A stretch of 64,000 nucleotides of DNA from an uncultured bacterium (GTDB lineage: Bacteria; Planctomycetota; UBA1135; GCA-002686595), in contig CALSNU010000005.1 in the NCBI GenBank assembly GCA_943787795.1, forward strand, positions 214,032-278,031, in the 5' to 3' direction. The number at the start of each line of letters is the position of its first letter. Within the stretch, counting starts at the first letter, position 1. This document shows positions 56,461 to 64,000 of the stretch, piece by piece. The position numbers and the translations under genes were made by a program. The notes beneath the pieces are model-generated. The model worked only from the letters and a program-made list of their open reading frames with translations, was not told the DNA's origin and searched no databases.

Positions 56461-58998
56461 ATGAACCGCCCTCCCTCCAGCCGGACGCGACCCTTCCTGG
56501 CGGGCTTGGTGGTCGTGTGCGCCCTCGGGCTCGGAGCCCTGGCGCTCCTCACCGACCCCGCGCCCTCCGTGGACCTCGGACTCGACTCTGGCCCTGGTCT
56601 CGACGCCGAAGTGGCGCGCCCGGGCGAGAAGGGCCTCGCCGAGGTGAACGGGCGTGGCGCGGGGCTCCCCGGGGTGACCTCCCCGTCGAGTGGGAGCGGG
56701 TCCGGACGGCGCAACCTTCAGGCCGGGCCGAGCCAGGAGGATGAGCCGGCGGGGACCCTGGAGCGCTTCGCCCGCCTGCGTGTGATCGCCGCCGAGGGGG
56801 GCGCCGCGGTGGATGGCGTGGAGCTGGGTCGGGTCTGGGACGGCGAGGGCCGCCATAGCGGTGATGTGAGGCTCACGGGCGCCCCCGACGGGATCCTCGA
56901 GCTGCGCTGGTACGGCGGATCGACCCTGGACTTCGAGGTCGAGGCATCGGGCTTCGAAAAGGTGACGGTGGTGGACGTGGAGGACGACCCCGCCTCGGTG
57001 ACCGAGGTCGCGCTCCGGCGCGCCGCCTTGCTGACGGTCTCAAGCGAGGGTTTCGAGGAGGGCGCGAGCGGGATCCTGCTGCTCTATCGGTCTCTCAAGA
57101 CGGATGGCCGAACCACTCACCGTGAAGAGTGGCGGCTCGATGAGGAGGCGACGTTCGAGGTGCTCGCCGGGCCGCTGAGCGCGGTGCTGGTCGTCCCCGG
57201 GATGCTCCCGTCGTCCCATCTCGGAATGGACGTCGCAGCCGGGGAGTCGATGTCGTTGGTCTTCTCGGCGGATCAGGGGGAACGCCTCCGTGGCCGCGTG
57301 GTGGAGAAGACCACGCGCCTGCCGCTCGGGGGGGTGGAGGTCCGTGCCTTGCCGTCGGTGGCTGGGGTCGAGCGGGGTAAGTCGGGGCGGCTGGCGTACC
57401 CGCCGGTGGTCACAGGGGAAGACGGACGCTTCGAGATCGGTGGCCTGCCGCTCGGGCCGCTGGACGTCTCCCTCGAACCGGGGTTCGGCCCGCCTGTGAT
57501 CCGGAGCCTCACCGTGATCGAAGGCGAGGCCGTCCGCACACGTGATCTCGCCATTGGCGGCGCAGCGTCGGTCTCGGGGCGGGTGCGGTGCGGGGCGGGT
57601 GTCGACCTGGAGGATCTCACGGTCCTGATCATCGCGCCCGGAGAGCTCGCGCGGCTCAGTCCAGACCTCGAGGGCGGCGGAGCCTCGCTGGCGGATCGTG
57701 AGAGTCGCAGACGCGGGGCGTTGGCCGTCGGAGGCGCAGGCGGGACCTTCCGCTGCGAGACGGCCCCCGCAGGGCGCCCCGTTGGAGTGTTCGCGCAATC
57801 GGGGGCCGCCATGGCCTTCGTGAAGATCGACGGCATTCTCCTGCCCGGTGAGAAGCGCGAGGGCGTCGAGCTCGTGCTCGAGCGTCCCGAACCGGCGGTG
57901 CTGCGGGTAGTGAACGACCTCGACGAGCCGGTCACCGAGGTCAACATCTCGGCCCGCATGGTGCTCGCTGTTCCAGGCGGCGGAGGGTCGGGGGCCATGT
58001 GGTCACGCGCTGAGCCCTACCAGGACGACGCCGGGCGCTTCGAGACTCGATTCCCTTCGGACGCGGTCCGGCGCGTGCGGCTCTCCGCAGAGGGGCACCT
58101 CCCACTGACCACCTCGTGGCCCATGGTCGGCGGAGCCCCTGCCGTGGAGCCGACGCTGCAGCTGGTGGCCTGCTCATCGATCGAGCTCCTGACCCGCGAC
58201 CAGTACGGCTTCGCCGTGAAGGGAGCTCGGATCGAGGCCTGGCCTGACGGTCTGCCTGCTGGCGAGGCCCGTTCGGGTCGGCTCCTGCGGACGGCTCGGA
58301 GCGACGGACGAGGCCGGGCCACCTTGGAGCTCGATCGAGCGGTGGGGGATTGGGTCGTGCAGGCGCGGGCTTCCGGTCATCGTCAGGGCGATGAGGTTCG
58401 GCTGAGGAAGGGGCGCGTGGATGAGCTCCGGCTGATCCTGGAGCGGGAGCCACGGCCGGCCTCCGCTTCGATCTCCGGTCGACTCGTACGGCGTGGCGAC
58501 GGCTCCCCCGTGCCCGGGCTTCGGTTTGGCGGCCTCAGGGGCGGCGTCGCCTTGATGGACGGCGCGAACTTCGAGCTCAAGGGCATCCGGCCCGGCCGCG
58601 TGCAGGTTGTGGCTGAGGCTCCCGGCTATGAGCGCGTTCGACTGCCAGTGGATCGGCTCGAGCCTGGCCAGAAGGTGGAGGTCCCCGAGCTGCGTACGCA
58701 GGGGACCGTGAGGGTCGGGGTCACGGTGACGGATCGCGCCGGGAACCGGGCTCGGAGGGCGAGGGTCAGGCTGCTGCGAGTCGGAAGAGACCGCGGCGGT
58801 CGTTCGGATGTGCCGAAGAAAATCACCTTCCCGTCCGTGGGGGACGCAGAGGGCCGATTCGAGCGCGGCGGAGTGCCCCGCACGCGATGGCTGCTGGCCG
58901 TGGATCACCCGTCCTACGCGCGCTACCGGGAGATTGTGACGGTCCAGTCCTCTCGCTGTGAGCTGGCGGTGACCCTCCTGCCCAAGTCGCCGCGTTGA
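56461..58998 (+). CDS. Exported protein with carboxypeptidase-regulatory-like repeats
   Basis: N-terminal TM; LRGRVV...GVEV...TGEDGRFEIGGLPLG, ISGRLV...PVPG, EAPGYE. Confidence 0.7.
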   Translation: MNRPPSSRTRPFLAGLVVVCALGLGALALLTDPAPSVDLGLDSGPGLDAEVARPGEKGLAEVNGRGAGLPGVTSPSSGSGSGRRNLQAGPSQEDEPAGTLERFARLRVIAAEGGAAVDGVELGRVWDGEGRHSGDVRLTGAPDGILELRWYGGSTLDFEVEASGFEKVTVVDVEDDPASVTEVALRRAALLTVSSEGFEEGASGILLLYRSLKTDGRTTHREEWRLDEEATFEVLAGPLSAVLVVPGMLPSSHLGMDVAAGESMSLVFSADQGERLRGRVVEKTTRLPLGGVEVRALPSVAGVERGKSGRLAYPPVVTGEDGRFEIGGLPLGPLDVSLEPGFGPPVIRSLTVIEGEAVRTRDLAIGGAASVSGRVRCGAGVDLEDLTVLIIAPGELARLSPDLEGGGASLADRESRRRGALAVGGAGGTFRCETAPAGRPVGVFAQSGAAMAFVKIDGILLPGEKREGVELVLERPEPAVLRVVNDLDEPVTEVNISARMVLAVPGGGGSGAMWSRAEPYQDDAGRFETRFPSDAVRRVRLSAEGHLPLTTSWPMVGGAPAVEPTLQLVACSSIELLTRDQYGFAVKGARIEAWPDGLPAGEARSGRLLRTARSDGRGRATLELDRAVGDWVVQARASGHRQGDEVRLRKGRVDELRLILEREPRPASASISGRLVRRGDGSPVPGLRFGGLRGGVALMDGANFELKGIRPGRVQVVAEAPGYERVRLPVDRLEPGQKVEVPELRTQGTVRVGVTVTDRAGNRARRARVRLLRVGRDRGGRSDVPKKITFPSVGDAEGRFERGGVPRTRWLLAVDHPSYARYREIVTVQSSRCELAVTLLPKSPR

Positions 58999-59274
58999 GC
59001 TCGGGCGCCGGGGAGGAACGCGATGCGGTCGAGGAAGAGGTTGGCGCGTCGAGTTGCCACACGTCCGTTGCGTGGCCTCGCTCCCTCGGAGCCTGACGTC
59101 CACGATTGGGACGGAGGTGTCGGCCTAGGGGGATATCCTGAGCGGACGGGGGCGTCGATGGATCCGGTTCCCGCCTAGCATTGACGGACGGGGCGGCCTT
59201 CGGTCATCGTCGCCCGTGGGTCGCTTCGGACGGAGCCACGCCCGGCAGCCGCCATTTCCGAAAGGACTCGCACC

Positions 59275-60786
59275 TTGTTCAAGCCCCTCTCCATCGCCGC
59301 TCTCGTGATGACGCTCGCCGTCACCTCTGGAGACGCAGCGGCGCAGCAGCGGGGCCTCCCGGCACAGTCGCTCCGGACGCTCCTCGGCGCCACACCGGCC
59401 CGCCCCTCGAGCACCAGCGCGCGACAGGTTCAAATCGGCGTGGGGACCTCGGCGTTCATCGCATCCGCGGGTCAGGCGTCGGCGGCCTTTCCTGGGCTGA
59501 TCCCGGGTCGCGGGGGCCTCACGCTGCTCATGTATGTCTTCGTGGAGGAGACGCAGGCGCTGGAGGCGTTCTCCATCTACATCCCTCCGACGCCGGTGGT
59601 TGACGAACGGCCGATGCTGGTGGCGTTCCACGGCTTCGGCGTCTCGCACTTCGATATCGCGGCCAACACCTCGTTCATCGCGGAGTGCCAGGCACGAGAT
59701 TGGATCCTCATCGCCCCCTACTCGCGCAACACTGTGGCGACGCCTGAGCAAGACTCCCAGAACAGCTTCGGGAGCGTTCAGAGCCAGGTGCACGTTGAGG
59801 CGGTGATCGACTATGTGATCGAGAACTTCTCGGTGGACCGCGACCGCCTCTACGGAGTGGGCTTCTCGATGGGAGGCGGCGCTGCGATGAGCTACGCGGC
59901 CCGCCACCGGGATCGGGAACGCGGCGCGTTCGCGGCGGTGGTGAACCACACGGGCACGGTCTCGCTCCACAACACTTACCACAACGTGCCGCCCGACACC
60001 CAGACGCTGCTGGAGGGCCTCTTCAACGGCCCGCCGGGATCCCAGGCCGCCTCCTTCGAGTTCGCGAGGGCGTCCTCGGTCGAGGTCGACTCCGCCGGCG
60101 CGCTCGTCCAGGGCGGCCGGCACATGGCGATCAACCTGGTGGGCGTACCGGTGAGGACCTACTACGCGTTCGATGACAGCGAGCAGTACCTCATTGACCA
60201 GAGCCTCGCGCTGCACTCATTCCTGTCGGCGACCTCAACCGCCCACGAGCTGATCGCTCAGCCATCCGACTGCCCGCTGCCGCAGCAGATGGGCCACTGC
60301 TGGAGCACGATCGACGAGACCGAGGTCTGTGACTGGTTTGAACTGCATGCCTTCGGCGCTCCCGGCTCATTCGGGCACGTGCTCGCGGATCGGGACGCGC
60401 GCTGGGGCAACCTCGGGGTGGAGCCCACCACGACCGGAATCTTCGCTGAGTTCGACTATGCCGTCACGGCGGCACAAAACTCGGTCCGGTTGCTCTCGAC
60501 GATCAACGTGGATGAGATCGAGCTGGACGCCGTGGAGCTCGGGTTGAACACGGCGGCAGAGATCTACATTCGCCTTGGGAGTGTCGACGGGACAGGTGAT
60601 CGGGTGCGGGTGAAGGGGCTGTCCCTTGAGCCGCAGCGCGTCCTCCGCAACGGTCAGTCGGTCGGGCAGATCACGGGCACGAGTTGGCCCACCCTCGAGA
60701 ACGCCTGGAGCTTTGATCCGGTGGCCCACGCGGTGGTGATCAGCGAAGTCGATGCGTTGCCCGCTGTCTGGAGCATCGTCCCCTGA
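59275..60786 (+). CDS. Secreted alpha/beta hydrolase (esterase/depolymerase-like)
   Basis: Signal peptide (AAA-QQ); LVAFHG, VDRDRLYGVGFSMGG, GHCW. Confidence 0.8.
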   Translation: MFKPLSIAALVMTLAVTSGDAAAQQRGLPAQSLRTLLGATPARPSSTSARQVQIGVGTSAFIASAGQASAAFPGLIPGRGGLTLLMYVFVEETQALEAFSIYIPPTPVVDERPMLVAFHGFGVSHFDIAANTSFIAECQARDWILIAPYSRNTVATPEQDSQNSFGSVQSQVHVEAVIDYVIENFSVDRDRLYGVGFSMGGGAAMSYAARHRDRERGAFAAVVNHTGTVSLHNTYHNVPPDTQTLLEGLFNGPPGSQAASFEFARASSVEVDSAGALVQGGRHMAINLVGVPVRTYYAFDDSEQYLIDQSLALHSFLSATSTAHELIAQPSDCPLPQQMGHCWSTIDETEVCDWFELHAFGAPGSFGHVLADRDARWGNLGVEPTTTGIFAEFDYAVTAAQNSVRLLSTINVDEIELDAVELGLNTAAEIYIRLGSVDGTGDRVRVKGLSLEPQRVLRNGQSVGQITGTSWPTLENAWSFDPVAHAVVISEVDALPAVWSIVP

Positions 60787-60832
60787 CCTCGCCTCGCGGC
60801 CTCTTCCCCGGCTTGGCGTAGAGGCGGCCCGT

Positions 60833-60905
60833 AGTCGACCCAGAGCTGAGTCGACCCAGAGCTGAGTCGACCCAGAGCTGAGTCGACCGAGAGCTGAGTC
60901 AACCC
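60833..60905 (+). repeat. 16-bp tandem repeat x4+ (AGTCGACCCAGAGCTG)
   Basis: Visible directly between convergent genes. Confidence 0.85.
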
Positions 60906-60980
60906 TGACCGGACCCACGCCGGGTTGAAGGAAGGGTCCCGAGTGGAGGCCCTCGCGGGGGCCCTCGCGGGGGCCTGTGG

Positions 60981-62051
60981 TCAGCGGATCCGTTGGACCG
61001 TGTACCCGCGTTGCCGCAGCAGGGTCACGAGTCCGAGCTTCGGCGCGACCTGGCCGGCCGCGACCTCGAAGGTCGACTCGGAGCGCCGCGGCTCGGCGGC
61101 GCCATCCCCCGAGGAGGACGGGTCGACCGGTGCGCCGTCGGCCTTCGCCGGGGCATCCGGCATGTGAAGCGCGCCCACCGCGAAGAAGGTCTCGCCGGTG
61201 GCCTTCATTCGATCGTCGATCCGGCTCGCCATGCGGAGGTTGCGTCGCCACAGGAGCGCGGCTGCCGCGCGCTCCCTGAGCTCCGGATCGGATCCGAACC
61301 CTGAGTCCATCAGGGCGAGCAGGCGCTGCTCATCCCCGGACAGCCACGCGCTGAGGGTCTCCTCCATGAGGTCCCGGCCAGCAGCCTCGAGGCGGTCCAT
61401 CTCGTCGAGGGAGTCCTTGAGAATGCGGATGTGCTCTGCCTGGGTGAAGACCCCGAAGGCCGCGATCTGTTCTGCCGGGAGCTCGAGGCCGCCAACGGTC
61501 TTGCCCTCCTTCCCGGCGCGCTGGAAGAGCATCTTGTCCAGGGGGGGCTTCCCGGCGCTCAGCTCAGGCAGGTACTTGAGCATCGGGAGGGTGGCCCCGA
61601 GGGCCCAGGGTCGCATGCGGGCCATTCCGGCCGAGTACATGGGGGGCAGGCCGGCGCTCGCCATGCGCGCCTCGATCCTGGCCCAGGTCTCCTCGCCCAC
61701 CAGCTGGTCGAGCCGGCTCGCCGGGGGTAGGAGGGCTGCCACCTGGACCTCTTGCTCGGCCTTCGGGGTGGTCTCGATCTCCGCGAAGAAGGACCCGCTG
61801 GCCTTGAAGGCCTCCTCGACCGCCCCGGGCAAGGCGAGGGCCCGTGCATCGGGGAGGTGAATGGTGCCGTACAGGTACCCCTTCATCGGCCCCTTCTCGA
61901 TCCGCCAGAGGAACGGCTCTGCCGCCGTGGGCTCCGCCGCCGCGGGCTTCGCCGCGAGCGGCTCCTGGCTCGGTGCCGCCTGGACAGGCGCGTTCGGGAG
62001 CAGGAACCAGGCGGCGAGGAAGGCGAGGAGCGGGGCGATGGGCGAGCGCAT
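60981..62051 (-). CDS. TraB/GumN (Tiki) family secreted protein
   Basis: Signal peptide; FLWRI...YLYGTIHL, GLE, RN, FAVGALH, LRQRGYTV. Confidence 0.9.
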   Translation of the reverse strand: MRSPIAPLLAFLAAWFLLPNAPVQAAPSQEPLAAKPAAAEPTAAEPFLWRIEKGPMKGYLYGTIHLPDARALALPGAVEEAFKASGSFFAEIETTPKAEQEVQVAALLPPASRLDQLVGEETWARIEARMASAGLPPMYSAGMARMRPWALGATLPMLKYLPELSAGKPPLDKMLFQRAGKEGKTVGGLELPAEQIAAFGVFTQAEHIRILKDSLDEMDRLEAAGRDLMEETLSAWLSGDEQRLLALMDSGFGSDPELRERAAAALLWRRNLRMASRIDDRMKATGETFFAVGALHMPDAPAKADGAPVDPSSSGDGAAEPRRSESTFEVAAGQVAPKLGLVTLLRQRGYTVQRIR

Positions 62052-62848
62052 GGTGGTGGGGGTGGGGCGACCTGGGGGAGCAGACCTTGAGAGCACGGCG
62101 GCCGATCCTACCCAGTCGCCCGGTCTCGATCCCGCTCTCGCTGGCCGAGCTCGCCCCGAGAGGCGCCTGAGGGCTCCTGGGGCGGCCCCTGCGAGCCCCT
62201 GCTTGCTGCATCACCCCTGCGCGGGGTCATTCGCGCATAGGGATCACCGCGCATAGGGATCACCGCGCGCTGGGATCACCATCGCGGAGCGCACTCTCCA
62301 CCCACCGTCCCGTCCACGGCTGAGGGTATTCAGCCCACGTCGGGGGCGTCGTGGCCGCCCTGAGGGCGTCCGGAAGCGCCGGGATCGAGAGGCCTTCAGC
62401 GCGGCGGCGAGTCGGAGCCGAGCGTCACTCGGTCGACAGAAGCCGACCGTGGCGCGGTCAAGAAAAGCCGACCGTGGCGCGGTCAATAGAAGAAGGGCCG
62501 GTGAGCTAGCATCACCGGCCCTAGAGAGAGAAGGGCCTCCCGAGCTTCCCGGATACGCCGCGGCTCGCAACGCAGCGCACCTCTCGAAGAGGCCCCCATT
62601 CTGGGCGGCATTTGACTACCTCCCAGCTCAAGACTACGGACGTTTCGGGCTGCACCATGGAGCCTGCCTGCCCAATTCTGACCGGCTCTCCGTCGCGCAC
62701 GATTGCTCTCCGTTGACGCCTCTCTCGGGCTAGGTCTCTTCCTCGCGTTGGGGGCGTTCAACGCTCGCTTCGACGTGGGGATGCGGTTCATGGATGGGAG
62801 GATTACCAGTTCCGCGAATTTGTCCCCAGCGGCGTTTCAGATTCAGAA

Positions 62849-63283
62849 TCAGTCCTGGTCCACGGCCGGCAGCGGCGGCGGGGTGGGGTCGTCACCCGGG
62901 CAGGTCAGCGCGACGGTCGCGGCCAGGATCTCGATCGCCTCGACGTTCGCCTCGTGGTCCAGCAGCGCACCCAGGACGACGAGGCACCGATCGGGCCAGA
63001 GGTCGAGGAGGGTGGCGGTGGAGCCTGCACCCACAGCGGAGGGCGAGGGGACTTCGCCCCCGTAGCTCCGGACCTGGACCCAGGGTGCCTGCGGGTGGGA
63101 CCGGGACCAGATCCCTGCAGCGCGGGCCAGGCCCGACTGGACCACCTCTCGGAGCAGGTCGCGCTCGACCGCGTCCTGCCCGCCGGAGCAGGCCGAGGCC
63201 GCCAGTCGCGCCGCCGCGCTGGCGAGGCGCGAGACGGGGTCCGCCTCGCTCGGTTTCTGGTGGGTGGGGTTCGGCTCTTCCAC
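62849..63283 (-). CDS. Hypothetical protein
   Basis: The 3' part of track ORF 62849..63787 reads as normal protein from GTG 63283. No family recognised. Confidence 0.4.
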   Translation of the reverse strand: MEEPNPTHQKPSEADPVSRLASAAARLAASACSGGQDAVERDLLREVVQSGLARAAGIWSRSHPQAPWVQVRSYGGEVPSPSAVGAGSTATLLDLWPDRCLVVLGALLDHEANVEAIEILAATVALTCPGDDPTPPPLPAVDQD

Positions 63284-63363
63284 AGGACCCCTATCGGGTC
63301 GGGCGTCGCCGGGGCTGAAGCGGCCGAGGGTCCGCTCACCGCCCGAGGTCGTTATCCTCGGGC

Positions 63364-63729
63364 ATGCATCTTCCTGGCCTTGCCGTCCTGGGGCCCCTGG
63401 ACGAGCTCCCCTGGCGAGAGACCCGCCACGCGGGCGTCCAATGGCTGGACCTCGCCCCCGAGTCCGAGGGGCCCGCTCGTACGGTCCTGATCCGCATGGG
63501 CCCGGGCTGCGGTTATCCCCGCCACCTGCACCTGGGCCCAGAGGATGTCCTCGTGCTCTCTGGGGGCTACACCGATGACGACGGCCGAGTGTTCCGAGCC
63601 GGAGACTTCGTGCGGTACCCCGCTGGTAGCGAGCACGCTCCCCTCGCCAACGGGGGCCCAGGCGACCCGGACTGCGTGCTCTTCGCCGTCGCCCACGGGG
63701 GGACGGAGCTGAGCCCCGCCCAGCGGTGA
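63364..63729 (+). CDS. ChrR-like cupin domain protein
   Basis: GVQWLDL, LIRMGPGCGYPRHLH-GPE, LSGGYTD, GDFVRYPAGSEH. Confidence 0.8.
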   Translation: MHLPGLAVLGPLDELPWRETRHAGVQWLDLAPESEGPARTVLIRMGPGCGYPRHLHLGPEDVLVLSGGYTDDDGRVFRAGDFVRYPAGSEHAPLANGGPGDPDCVLFAVAHGGTELSPAQR

Positions 63730-64000
63730 CGTGGGCGTGGGGAGGCGCCCCGCGGGCCACGTCTTGTGGAGCCAGCCCGCGGCCCACCCCGCGTCCTGCC
63801 GGGGCGATGAGGGGGCCAGTTCGATCCCGGGATCGCGGAAGCCGGTCGTTGGAGCCCTCCCCTGCGATGGTTCGGTCAGCGTGAGCCCTGGCCCGATGCG
63901 GGACGGCGAGCGACGCCGCTGCATGCGGGGCGGCTGCGAAGCTCCGAGATCGAGGCTGGCTCCAGGCATCCCGAGCCCCGGCTGGACGGGACCGCCCTGG

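Overview
A GC-rich bacterial chromosomal window. The gene style (secreted esterases, CarboxypepD_reg-repeat proteins, NatB-CPBP fusion) suggests Planctomycetota, but that assignment is inference only. It holds about 45 protein-coding genes; I see no rRNA, tRNA, CRISPR array or mobile element. The left end (1.9-12.8 kb) is the most coherent module. A SigK-like ECF sigma and RskA-type anti-sigma pair converges on a seven-gene minus-strand lipid-modification operon: CFA-like methylase, delta-9-type desaturase, UfaD-like flavoprotein, UfaO/DUF1365, UfaM/cfa and DUF2878, ending in a CarH-type B12-binding protein that has no DNA-binding domain. This operon and a divergent lipoprotein hydrolase are each preceded by an identical GGCTCATCCG-N13-GGCGAA ECF-type promoter motif. 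The rest is mostly housekeeping or envelope genes: Rep/UvrD, a DprE2-DprE1-like pair, RlmL-like methylase, apaH, NatAB-like ABC, M24 and M1 peptidases, lepB, ALDH, cls, LytS/LytTR, queF, add, gltX and TraB/GumN. Oddities include a 53-aa basic ORF with a highly-expressed codon signature, an EamA-BNR(CxCC) fusion, a GCS2-CBS ligase paired with an AstE/AspA hydrolase, a membrane gene split at a G9 run, and many intergenic short tandem arrays. All calls come from motif recognition by eye, and start codons are best guesses.
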